This document shows positions 8,154 through 17,749 of a stretch of DNA of 64,000 nucleotides, one piece after another. The notes under the pieces were generated by a model, which made no database searches, was not told where the DNA came from, and worked only from the letters and a program-made list of their open reading frames with translations. Source of the stretch: a virus; IMG/VR virus record IMGVR_UViG_3300027917_000024, positions 1 to 64,000 of that record; one strand, given 5' to 3'. The translations under genes were made by a program, and so were the position numbers. Every line of letters starts with the position of its first letter. Position 1 is the stretch's first letter.

Positions 8154-8447
8154 TTACCTTCTACCTGACCTTCCTTTCTTGGCTCGTTTATGTACTCGAT
8201 TATGTTGTGCCTTGGAAATCCTCTTCAAATTACTCTTACGCATATCTGATTTCTTCTTATTCCTATGATGAACAACTTCTCCAGGCTTGGCTCCAGCTTT
8301 TCTTCGATAGTAATGTGCGCTCTTTCCACCCTTCCATGCTCCGTTTTGAGCTCCTGTACGCATTAAACTTTTTTTCTTATCCCTTCTACTCCTATTCCTG
8401 CTGGTATCTCTTGGGCGTGTATTCTTGATTTTGCGTTTTGCCATCAC
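8154..8447 (-). CDS. very basic protein with HNH-like motif
   Basis: GEVVHHRNKKKSDMRKSNL.......HNRVH; K/R-rich. Confidence 0.6.
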   Translation of the reverse strand: MMAKRKIKNTRPRDTSRNRSRRDKKKSLMRTGAQNGAWKGGKSAHYYRRKAGAKPGEVVHHRNKKKSDMRKSNLKRISKAQHNRVHKRAKKGRSGRR

Positions 8448-8483
8448 ACTTCTCCTTTCTGTAGTATTTCATTATTATACCAC

Positions 8484-8592
8484 AAAAAGAAAAAAGAGGG
8501 CAGGGGTAAGAAACCAAAGGAGGTAAAGAGAGGGATGTAGGGAGGCATTCCAATCTAACCGTTGGCAACTTACCCCTTTGTGGATGCCCTTA
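8484..8592 (-). ncRNA. candidate small RNA with anti-Shine-Dalgarno loop
   Basis: own promoter at 8599-8627; closing stem AGGGCA..AGGGGTAAG / CTTACCCCTGCCCT followed by a U-tract; loop contains CCTCCC and ACCTCCTTT. Confidence 0.5.
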
Positions 8593-8598
8593 TTGTAA

Positions 8599-8627
8599 AT
8601 CATACCACACACCCATAATCTTGTCAA
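8599..8627 (-). promoter_or_regulatory. sigma70-type promoter
   Basis: TTGACA-agattatgggtgtgtgg(17)-TATGAT. Confidence 0.8.
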
Positions 8628-8658
8628 GCCCCTTTTTATATTTTTTATATCTTACTAA

Positions 8659-8859
8659 CTAAAATATTATTCTAAGTGATATTATGAAAAGTGTTATCGC
8701 AAAGGATAAGATCATACCCGCACTAAGAGATCCCTTCACTTCATCCTTAGTAAAACCATCCTCCTCCCGATTACCAGAGCTCACCATAAGAAACCCTATC
8801 CCAAGAAGAAACGCTAAAGATACAAAAAATATCATATATCCAAAAAACATTATCCACAT
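8659..8859 (-). CDS. small two-TM membrane protein
   Basis: two hydrophobic segments. Confidence 0.5.
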   Translation of the reverse strand: MWIMFFGYMIFFVSLAFLLGIGFLMVSSGNREEDGFTKDEVKGSLSAGMILSFAITLFIISLRIIF

Positions 8860-8862
8860 ATC

Positions 8863-9465
8863 CTATTCCTCTCGCAAAAATGCCAGTTTAGCCAATCTCG
8901 TTAATGACCTATTCTCCTTAGTTCGAATACCCTTAAGTTTCTTATGTAGATGAACAGGCCTACTACATACAAGAATATCGCTATGTGTTATACATACTCG
9001 CCGGAATCCTGCTCGTAGTTTGGAGTAGAGTTGCTCAATGGTCATACCAAGTTTGCGGGGGGATTTCGGATAATTTGCAACGAAGATAGAAAAGGGATTC
9101 ATCAACTGCCAGATCTCATTTAAGGTCGTCGAAAGCATCTCATCACTAACCTGAACATTCAAAACATTAGATGCAAAAATGATATCCCACTTTCCTTTCA
9201 CTGAAATCAGATCTTTCACAAACATTCCATCGGCCTTAGAATCTTTTACAAAATCATGAGCCCACGTATTACCATAGCCAGCCTTCCTTAACATCTTTGT
9301 ATGAATAGCCTTGTGTCCTGAACCGTAATCAAGAATCCAATCTGTCTTATCATAAGCCATATCCAAAATCAGCTTCGGTACCTTAGCATTCGGCCCCACT
9401 GCACCCGAACTACGAGATGTCTTTACTACTTTACTTACCTCCTCTTCCTTAAATTGCACTTCCAT
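8863..9465 (-). CDS. SAM-dependent methyltransferase-like protein
   Basis: ILDYGSG motif I; WDIIFASNVLNV. Confidence 0.7.
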   Translation of the reverse strand: MEVQFKEEEVSKVVKTSRSSGAVGPNAKVPKLILDMAYDKTDWILDYGSGHKAIHTKMLRKAGYGNTWAHDFVKDSKADGMFVKDLISVKGKWDIIFASNVLNVQVSDEMLSTTLNEIWQLMNPFSIFVANYPKSPRKLGMTIEQLYSKLRAGFRRVCITHSDILVCSRPVHLHKKLKGIRTKENRSLTRLAKLAFLREE

Positions 9466-9630
9466 TACATCGCCCCCCTCTTCTATCTCATAGTTTTCTA
9501 CTTGTAGATTCCCTGATCCCTCTCTAAATCTCTCAGTGGATACTTTACCCTCCTCTTCGGTTTTGGAGTATGTACTTTTGTTGGACGTACCCAGGATCTC
9601 ACCTTAGGCACCTTCCTATTTTTTATATCT

Positions 9631-9885
9631 TTACGTGCCATTTATATCCTTATCCTCCAAAAAGGAAAAGTAAAATCGTGGGAAGTTCTGATAAAGCAAT
9701 GTCCCTTTCTTGCCATCAGCCTTCCTTAATACTCTTACCCTCCGATGCAAGAATTCGTATACAACAAAATTACTCTTCAGCTCACTTGTATTCCACACTT
9801 CACCATACATATTCTCCAAGTGTGCCCGATCTTTTATCTCCTTGGCTGTCTCTCTCCTCATATTAACTCCATTCCATGCTATCAT
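9631..9885 (-). CDS. phage hypothetical protein, paralog of 4905-5153
   Basis: clear alignment to the 4905-5153 product. Confidence 0.65.
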   Translation of the reverse strand: MIAWNGVNMRRETAKEIKDRAHLENMYGEVWNTSELKSNFVVYEFLHRRVRVLRKADGKKGTLLYQNFPRFYFSFLEDKDINGT

Positions 9886-10118
9886 CTATAGAGAAAAAGC
9901 AGTTCATAATGTAATACAATAAAATTTACACGGAATTCAATAGGTTATCAGATCGAACTGACTTTCCGATTTATACATCATTAGAGCAAAAAATAAAGAG
10001 AACCCAATATCCAAATGAAAGCTATAGCAAAACCTATAACCTGTAGAGTAAGCATAAAAGGATCCTCATCGTTAGGATGCCTCACAGTTAATCCTCCTTA
10101 CATTATTGATGATCCCCA

Positions 10119-10147
10119 GTTATACCACAAGACCTGAATCTTGTCAA
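10119..10147 (-). promoter_or_regulatory. sigma70-type promoter
   Basis: TTGACA-agattcaggtcttgtgg(17)-TATAAC. Confidence 0.75.
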
Positions 10148-10405
10148 GCCTTTTTTCTCCCACCCTTCTTAATTTTTTTCTTGGCCTTTGACTCAGCCTC
10201 CCACTCCTTCATCTCCTCAGTTTTATGGTTATGTCGATTCAATATCTCAAAAACAGAGCTGACCAAAGGGACGTATCCCCCTGACCGATCATGATCAACA
10301 ATAAAATTCTCATATCCTCTGGGTTTTACGATGCGATACATATAATACTTAGTAGAACGACACTTTCCAATTCTCTGGATATGTACTTCATCAATCTGAT
10401 CAAAA

Positions 10406-10681
10406 TTAACGGATACTTTTACGACGAGCACCTCTCCCTCTCCTCCTTACAATTTTCCAAAGACTATCTGCTCCATTAAAAAGGTTTGCCTTTTTATGCC
10501 GTCGAATAGCAGCAGTCGCCCTACTATCCCTCCAGTTATAAATCATTAACTCATCCCCGTCAAGATAATATTCAAAATGATGTACTAACCCACAATCGCA
10601 GCATGCCCAAAGTAATGGACTCTCTTTATATCTAACCTTTACAGCTTCTCCATCGTATACAGGATCATACCTACCTGCCAT
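10406..10681 (-). CDS. phage hypothetical protein
   Basis: ACCDCGLVH motif; GGAG RBS. Confidence 0.55.
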   Translation of the reverse strand: MAGRYDPVYDGEAVKVRYKESPLLWACCDCGLVHHFEYYLDGDELMIYNWRDSRATAAIRRHKKANLFNGADSLWKIVRRRGRGARRKSIR

Positions 10682-10692
10682 TAGTAAGTCTC

Positions 10693-11241
10693 CTAGATAT
10701 CAGACTTGTTAGAACAATCACAAAATCCTATAATCCTAACATCCTCCTTCTTAAAGACCTTTGCCTTATCACCTATCCAAATGTCAATTCTATTCTCGTA
10801 TCTCTTATTCATTATATCATTAACCGTAAAGATCCCAAAACCTTCCACCCACACCTTACTGAATGGAATAAAGCCCCTGTCAAGTAGATCTCTACTTACA
10901 GCTACCGTCCCTGGCCCTGTTTTCGTATTGAATGCAGTAATCTCTGGAGTACTATCGGTCTGGGAAGGGTGGGAATTGTAGCAGGTAACCGTAACCGTGG
11001 CAGACGTGACCAACTGCCTACGCCTCTCATATTGCAAGTCCAAAGTCTCATTGTTCCTGAGACAGTCAATCAATTGTTTTTGAACAGCATAATATTTTTG
11101 CTGAAACTCAAGAGCCATATTCCCAAACGTCCTCGCATACCCTCCTACATCATATAATGCGAAACGAAGAAAACCAATCCAAATACAAAGGCTCAAAGCA
11201 ACTCCTATAAAAATCAAATCCTTTTTTGTACACATAATCAC
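10693..11241 (-). CDS. membrane-anchored 3D-domain (lytic transglycosylase-like) protein
   Basis: N-terminal TM; VTCYNS..SQTDSTP.ITA, VAVSRDL, VND.M, RIDIW. Confidence 0.8.
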   Translation of the reverse strand: MIMCTKKDLIFIGVALSLCIWIGFLRFALYDVGGYARTFGNMALEFQQKYYAVQKQLIDCLRNNETLDLQYERRRQLVTSATVTVTCYNSHPSQTDSTPEITAFNTKTGPGTVAVSRDLLDRGFIPFSKVWVEGFGIFTVNDIMNKRYENRIDIWIGDKAKVFKKEDVRIIGFCDCSNKSDI

Positions 11242-11251
11242 CTCCTAAAAA

Positions 11252-11326
11252 TGGTAGGGCGAGGGGGATTCGAACCCCCGACTCCCTGGTTAAAGGCCAG
11301 GTACTCCTCCACTGAGTTACCGCCCT
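11252..11326 (-). tRNA. tRNA-Lys(UUU)
   Basis: cloverleaf AGGGCGG/UCGCCCU; anticodon arm CCUGG-CCUUUAA-CCAGG; UUCGAAU T-loop; CCA encoded. Confidence 0.9.
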
Positions 11327-11782
11327 GTGATCAACTCTAACGTATCTTTGGCTAGTTTGCCCCCATCTATCTCTATGTAAGACAATCCAACATGAGAGCT
11401 CGCCTTATCAGCATACCATTCCAAAGTTTTGGTTACTTCCTCATATTCTTTCATTGCTTCCTTTGCCACGTATCTCATAGCATTTGGTCGGCCTGTAAGA
11501 TTATCAAGGAGCTGCTATAGTTTCGACATCTTCCTTTTCATCCATACATCCTGGTCGGTGACGCTTCCAGTCTGGTAGCTCATTACCTAAATGGGTATCC
11601 TCAATCCATTCCTCTAGATAATGAATGTATGCCAAGAGCGATACGACTTTCTCATCCCAATGCACATTAAGATTCCTGTGATGATCGTCAGGAGGACACA
11701 TACTACATAGCAACGAAGGATACGCTCTGAATTTTCCTCTGCAAACATGCCCATCAGGTAGCATCGAGTTCTCCTTTCTCAA

Positions 11783-12103
11783 CTAGTGAAGTATCTCCTT
11801 ATTTGGTTTCTTGATTCTCCACTTATGGCCTTGGTATCCAGAGAAGGTTGCCCACCCCTCTTCTCCTCCAACAACTCCTCCATACCTCACATCGAATCCG
11901 CAGCTAAAAGTCTCTCCACATACTCTAAAAAACGCAGACTCAGATCCATTCTCAACCAACTCAATATCAGTAATAGTAGTCTTGGAATCACCTTGCATAT
12001 GGGCATCACCAAAATCCTGTAACGTCCCACCAATCCAGTCAGCCCTGCTCTCAACAAACTGGCTCCACAAGGGATATGTCTTACCGTTTATTACAAGTGT
12101 CAT
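11783..12103 (-). CDS. phage hypothetical protein
   Basis: 106 aa ORF in a tight operon. Confidence 0.55.
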   Translation of the reverse strand: MTLVINGKTYPLWSQFVESRADWIGGTLQDFGDAHMQGDSKTTITDIELVENGSESAFFRVCGETFSCGFDVRYGGVVGGEEGWATFSGYQGHKWRIKKPNKEILH

Positions 12104-12284
12104 ACATCACCCCCGTACACACTCTAGCTTCCAGCGCTTTGTCTTACAGTAGTCTCTCACATGCCCTAAGCTCCACCCTACCATGTACCTCAAGATAGGG
12201 GCTGAGAAAACTACCCGCCCTTCCTCAGCCTCGAACCCCGCTACAAAATGTCGAGCCGAGATCCTATAGAGAGATCGTCTTTCT

Positions 12285-12680
12285 CTAAGGATTGTCATCG
12301 TCATCTTCCCAATATTGCTCGATCAGATCACATAGAACTTCTCGGGCTCCAGAGGAAAGGCCAGCAAGACACTCTCCTGCAATCTCTCCTTGAAAATCAA
12401 AAACATGCTCCCACAGATACTCATGAAGGTACCCAAACAAAAACCCCTCGCAGAAGAAGGCATCGATAATCTCGTCACAGATAGCACACATCTTATATAC
12501 ATCCCAATTGCCTTCCCACTTCCCTGTAATGTATCTGTACTTGTGAGAGGGGAGGATCTTCTTTCCACACTCACAACACTGATACTCTTTTCTGGCAGTG
12601 ACCTCTCTATTGTTGTAGCACTCGGGATGCTCATAGTCTCCAACATAGATACAAGAGCAATCAGTCATTCTTACCTCCAT
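12285..12680 (-). CDS. Cys-rich phage hypothetical protein
   Basis: ARKEYQCCECGKKI...CAIC. Confidence 0.6.
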   Translation of the reverse strand: MEVRMTDCSCIYVGDYEHPECYNNREVTARKEYQCCECGKKILPSHKYRYITGKWEGNWDVYKMCAICDEIIDAFFCEGFLFGYLHEYLWEHVFDFQGEIAGECLAGLSSGAREVLCDLIEQYWEDDDDNP

Positions 12681-12984
12681 TCACTACCTTGAGCTCTTCC
12701 TTTCGGATCATCTTCACCATTTCCTTGTGCCCCTCTTCTGCTTCTTCCCAAGTGCTATACCTTCTCATCTCCTCATTATGCTCTCCACCAAATACCAACG
12801 TCTCGAAAAGCAAAGGAGGTCCGTTCCCAAACTGGAGATCAAGAACCAGAAAGACAGTTGAAACCTCCACATCTCCTGGTAGCTTATCATATGCTACCCG
12901 CCTGTCCTTCTCAAGAGCCCGAGCTGCCTCTTCCATACTCTTTGCTTTGACTGGCTTCTTGTCTTTCAGTACATACCATACCAT
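12661..12984 (-). CDS. conserved phage hypothetical protein
   Basis: VSTVFL.LD...GPPLLFET.VFGG...RYSTWEEA..GH motif. Confidence 0.65.
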   Translation of the reverse strand: MVWYVLKDKKPVKAKSMEEAARALEKDRRVAYDKLPGDVEVSTVFLVLDLQFGNGPPLLFETLVFGGEHNEEMRRYSTWEEAEEGHKEMVKMIRKEELKVVNGGKND

Positions 12985-12985
12985 T

Positions 12986-13447
12986 TCAATTAACCTCCTT
13001 CTTACTCGTTTGGCGCATCAGACCCATTAGCATTGTTTCTTGAAGCTTATAGAGCTCAGCTGATTTGAATATGTGAGACAAAACACCATTGATTAAAAAC
13101 TCCGATACTTGTGCCATAGTTGCTGTCAAAAAATCCCTGTGAATAAGAAGACAAAGCGCAAAAACTTCTACAGGAATTAAAATAGGCACATCTACAACTA
13201 AAAATATTTGTGAATCAACTGTCGGATCACCTTTCTCTTTTAACTTATCAAAAAAATCCTTAACGTAATGCATCATCTCATCTTCGGATTCGTATGCCTC
13301 TGTCACTTCTTCACTTATTAGCTTTATTACATCTACTAAGCGCTCCTTGAAATCATCCAGAAGTTCCTTGGGGATGTTTGTATCTTCCCGCATGTACTTC
13401 TCTAGGATCTCTAAAATTTCTTTCTCGTTAAGTTCATCCATACGCAT
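12986..13447 (-). CDS. hypothetical protein
   Basis: 153 aa acidic ORF. Confidence 0.55.
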   Translation of the reverse strand: MRMDELNEKEILEILEKYMREDTNIPKELLDDFKERLVDVIKLISEEVTEAYESEDEMMHYVKDFFDKLKEKGDPTVDSQIFLVVDVPILIPVEVFALCLLIHRDFLTATMAQVSEFLINGVLSHIFKSAELYKLQETMLMGLMRQTSKKEVN

Positions 13448-13462
13448 TCCTTATGATAAAGT

Positions 13463-13550
13463 TGGCGGAGGCTGTAGGACTCGAACCTACGCAGGTATTA
13501 CCCTGAACTCTGATTAGCAATCAGGTACCTTACCACTCGGTCAAGCCTCC
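13463..13550 (-). tRNA. tRNA-Ser(GCU)
   Basis: GGAGGCU acceptor, UU-GCU-AA loop, long variable arm, G73-CCA. Confidence 0.9.
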
Positions 13551-13565
13551 TTTTATTTTTATAAG

Positions 13566-13649
13566 CGGAGGGCATGGGATTCGAACCCACAAGAGTATTA
13601 CCTCCACATGATTTCCAGTCATGCGCCTTAACCGTTCAGCCAACCCTCC
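13566..13649 (-). tRNA. tRNA-Ser(GGA)
   Basis: CAUGA-CUGGAAA-UCAUG arm, long variable arm, UUCGAAU. Confidence 0.9.
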
Positions 13650-13652
13650 ATA

Positions 13653-14294
13653 CTATTCCTTATAGAAATACCATATCCCACGAATCGCCCTCTCATCCAA
13701 ACTATTATCATCACTGTAAGGAGCATCGTATTGATAGTAGGCAGAATTATATTTGTTCGTCATTACTCTATGAAATCTCATATTACAAGACTCTAATATC
13801 CCCTCTATCATAGCATGCGAAGGTCTATTACCAATCCGCTCGTAAGAGACATTATATCCTTTCTGCTTAACCCCCACTGTTTTGTCAGGATCCGCTGAGT
13901 TAACAAACTCCGTTTCAAGTATTACATATTGATTAGGCTTCAATAACGCACACAATTCAAGCAGATTCTTCCGAGGATCTGATAAATGGTATAAAGTTCC
14001 TATATGAAAAATAATATCTACCCCAGTAATATCCGGCCATCCTATATCCATATCCCATACAAAGAATTCAAGTTCAGGATGTAATTTTTTAGCATCTTCA
14101 ATATGCTCTTCCCTAACATCGAATCCTATAATATGCGGAGTCAATTCATAAAACATCATACCTAAATGACCAACACCGCAACCAACCTCTAATATACGCT
14201 TATTGACAATGTCTTCTTTAGGGATCAAATCTACAATAGCTTCATACAACTTCCGTCTGCGAGTTCCCCAATCTCCGTGATCAAATTTAGCCAT
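13653..14294 (-). CDS. class I SAM-dependent methyltransferase
   Basis: RILEVGCGVG, GFDVR, GTLYHL.DP. Confidence 0.85.
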   Translation of the reverse strand: MAKFDHGDWGTRRRKLYEAIVDLIPKEDIVNKRILEVGCGVGHLGMMFYELTPHIIGFDVREEHIEDAKKLHPELEFFVWDMDIGWPDITGVDIIFHIGTLYHLSDPRKNLLELCALLKPNQYVILETEFVNSADPDKTVGVKQKGYNVSYERIGNRPSHAMIEGILESCNMRFHRVMTNKYNSAYYQYDAPYSDDNSLDERAIRGIWYFYKE

Positions 14295-14316
14295 CTATCT
14301 GTACTCCTATTATATT

Positions 14317-14388
14317 TAGGGCCAAGGAGAATTGAACTCAGACCGGTGGATTGAAAGTCCCCCATCCTGACCATTAGAACATAGCCCC
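14317..14388 (-). tRNA. tRNA-Glu(UUC), degenerate
   Basis: GGGGCUA/UGGCCCU acceptor, CU-UUC-AA loop; mismatches in anticodon and T stems. Confidence 0.6.
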
Positions 14389-14400
14389 TTTTACTATTAG

Positions 14401-14474
14401 AGTGCATGATGGGAGTCGAACCCCTCTCATCAGGGTGGAAACCTGAGGTACCGCCACGTATACCAGACTCGCAC
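14401..14474 (-). tRNA. tRNA-Gly(UCC)
   Basis: UCAGG-UUUCCAC-CCUGA arm, UUCGACU; single mismatches in acceptor and T stems. Confidence 0.7.
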
Positions 14475-14478
14475 AATC

Positions 14479-14556
14479 TGGTGGAAGGGACTGGAATTGA
14501 ACCAGTGACCTTCTGGGCTTCGACCAGACGCTCTACCATAACTGAGCTACCCCTCC
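14479..14556 (-). tRNA. tRNA-Phe(GAA)
   Basis: UCUGG-UCGAAGC-CCAGA arm, standard D arm, ACCA end. Confidence 0.85.
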
Positions 14557-14770
14557 AAAAGCATACAACCTTTTATTATAGCTACAAGACTAAAGGATAA
14601 TCCAAATCCTATCAAGAGCACAGATACCCCAACCCTTCTAGTAAAAAAAATATCATCATCCAAGTATGCAATGAAACCTAGAAAAGACGAAAACAAAGCT
14701 ACAATAAAAAAGGTACATCCTAGAAAAAGCAACACATAACCCCAAAATTCTTCCATCTCATTCTCCTTTT

Positions 14771-14846
14771 TGGGTTAACCGGAGAGAATCGAACTCTCAC
14801 CTCCAGGGCCACAACCTGACGTGCAAACCTTTACACCACGGCTAAC
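14771..14846 (-). tRNA. tRNA-His(GUG)
   Basis: UU-GUG-GC loop, G-1:C73 pair, CCA encoded. Confidence 0.88.
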
Positions 14847-14855
14847 ATAGTAGAC

Positions 14856-15587
14856 TCAAGATATTCCCGCATTTTTGAGATATGTTGTCATTGCTTTTAT
14901 TGCTGCGTCTACATTCCTCGAACCGTGAATATGCATAATATGAGGACCATTATGATGAAGGCTAATAGATGGATTAGTACTATTATGGCCACCAATATCC
15001 TGAAAATTCAATCTTGGATCATAAATTTTTTCTCTTATTTCTTCTGGTGACATACCTTGCATATGAAAAAGGGTATTATAGATTATACATTCATATGCCC
15101 ATACATCTTTCCAGTCAGAAGCAATCTTATCTCCAGTCTCCCACATCTCATTTGTTATAGCTCCTACTGGATAGTACCTGACATTAGACATCATCCACGG
15201 CTTCAAATGATAATAAAGCTTTGGTTCAACCTTATGTGAATAACTACAAAACTGATTCTGGATATCAAACATCACAAACTTGTCATACTTACCAAAAATC
15301 TCAGTCGGTTTAATACAAACGGAATCTGAATCTACCCATAGAATATTACAGTCTCCTGCCTGGTAGATTTTCTTTATCCGATAATAAATATCCTGAAACA
15401 TTCTATGATAATTTTCAGCCAGTCCCTCTAATACTATAACCTCATCCAAATCCTTCAAGTTCTTTCGGAAGGAGCGTATACATAAATCTGTTAATTGTCG
15501 ATACTTATTAAATATTAGCAATCTCTTCTTGTCTAGCCCTTCTTTATCATTAAGGTCATAACAAGCTGTAATAAGTATATTAGCCAT
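14856..15587 (-). CDS. putative nucleotide-sugar (GT-A) transferase
   Basis: ILWVDSDSVC DxD motif; C-terminal IMHIHG. Confidence 0.55.
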   Translation of the reverse strand: MANILITACYDLNDKEGLDKKRLLIFNKYRQLTDLCIRSFRKNLKDLDEVIVLEGLAENYHRMFQDIYYRIKKIYQAGDCNILWVDSDSVCIKPTEIFGKYDKFVMFDIQNQFCSYSHKVEPKLYYHLKPWMMSNVRYYPVGAITNEMWETGDKIASDWKDVWAYECIIYNTLFHMQGMSPEEIREKIYDPRLNFQDIGGHNSTNPSISLHHNGPHIMHIHGSRNVDAAIKAMTTYLKNAGIS

Positions 15588-16875
15588 CCAACGCCCCTTT
15601 CAGCTCTATATTTCTACTTCCAGCTACCTCTTTCAGATACTTAAACCATTCCACAATCTGAGGGCTCGTATTAGGTTCAAAATCCTCTTTCCCTATCGTA
15701 TGGTAATCTTCAAAATTAGTGTTCTTGTTTAACACATAACCATATTTTTCAGGAGTCTGCCATACACTGCATCCTGGGAAAGGTTGAAAAATATGGATAC
15801 CAAACGCATCAACATACTCTGCACATGTAATAAACTCAGCCGTCTCAGCCACCGTTTCTTCTGTCTCACCAGGGAAACCTACAATCATCTGCCCCCTAAT
15901 TCTTATTCCTACCTTCTCACACGTAGAAATTGCATTGTAAGCCTGTTCTACTGTCGTCTTTTTGTTCATCATCTTTAGCATATTATTGGATCCGCTCTCA
16001 AAACCAAATACAAATTGCAAACATCCCGCATCCTTCATGGTTCGTAACAAATCATAATCACAACGATCCACTCTATTCAGACAGTGCCACTTTATTCCTA
16101 ATTTCTTTATCTTGTCACAGAACTCATACACTCGCTCCTTACTTATAACAAAAGTGTCATCTAAAATGTAAATGAGCTCCACCTTATATTTATTAATCAA
16201 GGTCTCCACTTCTTCTATGGTTCTATCTACACTATGACTCCTCACCTTTCCTCCCCAGATATAACTCTGAGCACAAAAATTACAATTGAAAGGACATCCC
16301 CTAGAAGTAATAAGTGTTGCTTCCCTGCACTCTCCTAATAAATACTTAAATGTCTGAGATCTTGAGTATCTATAAAAATCTACAAGATCTAAATCAGGTG
16401 GAGGAAAATCATCTATATCTGCAGTCAATGGGGTTTGTGGTGTACGAACAACCTTTCCATCAGAATCTTTATATGCTATATTAAAAACCTGATGTAAAGG
16501 GAGATGCAATAATTCAAACATTGCAATCTCACCCTCTCCTACCACACATACATCCGCATCTGTATTACTCAAAACATGCTCTGGAACAGTTGTAGCATGA
16601 GGCCCACCAACCACAACAAATGCATTCTCCCTTTCCTTTAATTTTTTTGTGATAGCTTGTATCTGAGGAAAATTAGGGGAGGTTCCTGTAATCCCATAGC
16701 AATCCCCAACGGGTATCTTCCACTGACGTTCTTCCAACCCAGACAAGTCACATAGCTGCACATCAATATTTCGTTTTTCCAAATAAGATGCAACATACAA
16801 TATTCCTAAAAAGGGGAGATCAGTATCCGAAATTAGCCAAGGACTCGGTGGGATAATAAGCACCACCTTTGGCAT
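15580..16875 (-). CDS. B12-binding-domain radical SAM protein
   Basis: PFLGILYVASYL, VVGGPHAT, VVGEGE, TSRGCPFNCNFC, GFESGS, IVGFPGET. Confidence 0.92.
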   Translation of the reverse strand: MPKVVLIIPPSPWLISDTDLPFLGILYVASYLEKRNIDVQLCDLSGLEERQWKIPVGDCYGITGTSPNFPQIQAITKKLKERENAFVVVGGPHATTVPEHVLSNTDADVCVVGEGEIAMFELLHLPLHQVFNIAYKDSDGKVVRTPQTPLTADIDDFPPPDLDLVDFYRYSRSQTFKYLLGECREATLITSRGCPFNCNFCAQSYIWGGKVRSHSVDRTIEEVETLINKYKVELIYILDDTFVISKERVYEFCDKIKKLGIKWHCLNRVDRCDYDLLRTMKDAGCLQFVFGFESGSNNMLKMMNKKTTVEQAYNAISTCEKVGIRIRGQMIVGFPGETEETVAETAEFITCAEYVDAFGIHIFQPFPGCSVWQTPEKYGYVLNKNTNFEDYHTIGKEDFEPNTSPQIVEWFKYLKEVAGSRNIELKGALDG

Positions 16876-17174
16876 AAGTACACATCTCCATTTTGTTTTT
16901 AGTTATCACCATTATACCATACCCATTCTAACATTTGTCTGTAATTTTGGTATAAGCTCTGCAGCGAAGACTACTCTCTAGTTCTCGCAATTGCTCACAA
17001 ACCTCATCGAATTCAAAAAGTATACACTCATAATATTTCAAATCAGCCACATCCATAACACCAAAAAAAATATCTAAACTATCATCTGCCGCTTTAATCT
17101 CCATCAACCGATTTCTAAGTTGTTTTCTAATTTTCTTTGCTTCTTTTCGTATTTCTTCAGACATAACAACCTCG

Positions 17175-17265
17175 TGGCGGGTGAGGGAGGAGTCGAACCT
17201 CCGGTGTTTTCTCGTAGAGTCACGGTTTTACAGACCGCTGCCCTCGCCTCTAGGCACACTCACCC
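17175..17265 (-). tRNA. tRNA-Tyr(GUA)
   Basis: GCGGU-CUGUAAA-ACCGU arm, long variable region, CCA. Confidence 0.85.
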
Positions 17266-17277
17266 ACTAATAAATTA

Positions 17278-17688
17278 TTACTCTCCTACCTCTTCCAAAT
17301 ATGCTTTATTAATCCAAAAGGAACAATTACCATGACCGTCTTCTTCCATACACACTGACGGAGAATTCATTTTTTCTTTTTGCTCATTAGATAACAAAGA
17401 ATAGTATTTCTCACTCATCGTAAATGAACAGAGTCCACCATCTTCTCTCAGACACAGAGAAGGCATCACATCCTCAACAGCCATAGGTGGAGTTTCATCA
17501 TCTAACCCTACCAAGCCTCTGCCCTCACCTGGAAAATAATCGATATTACTATCATCTTTACTAGCTGGATTTGTAAGTACGGAATGCCCAATCACCGGCG
17601 TCGTGCCATTCTGTAAAATAAGAAAAGAGCCTGTAGATATAAGAGCACCTAACACAACACATCCAATCGCTATTCCTAATAATCTCAT
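17278..17688 (-). CDS. secreted/membrane hypothetical protein
   Basis: N-terminal hydrophobic segment; duplicated PSxC..ED..G.CSF motif. Confidence 0.55.
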   Translation of the reverse strand: MRLLGIAIGCVVLGALISTGSFLILQNGTTPVIGHSVLTNPASKDDSNIDYFPGEGRGLVGLDDETPPMAVEDVMPSLCLREDGGLCSFTMSEKYYSLLSNEQKEKMNSPSVCMEEDGHGNCSFWINKAYLEEVGE

Positions 17689-17749
17689 GGTACATCTCCT
17701 TTCCTTGATCTGTTTACTTACTTAATTCCATTTATATATTTATATATGA

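Noticed and set aside
14231-14600. ORFs 14231-14539 and 14406-14600, and similar ones at 13574, 17120 and 22922
   Set aside because: They are translations of tRNA genes.
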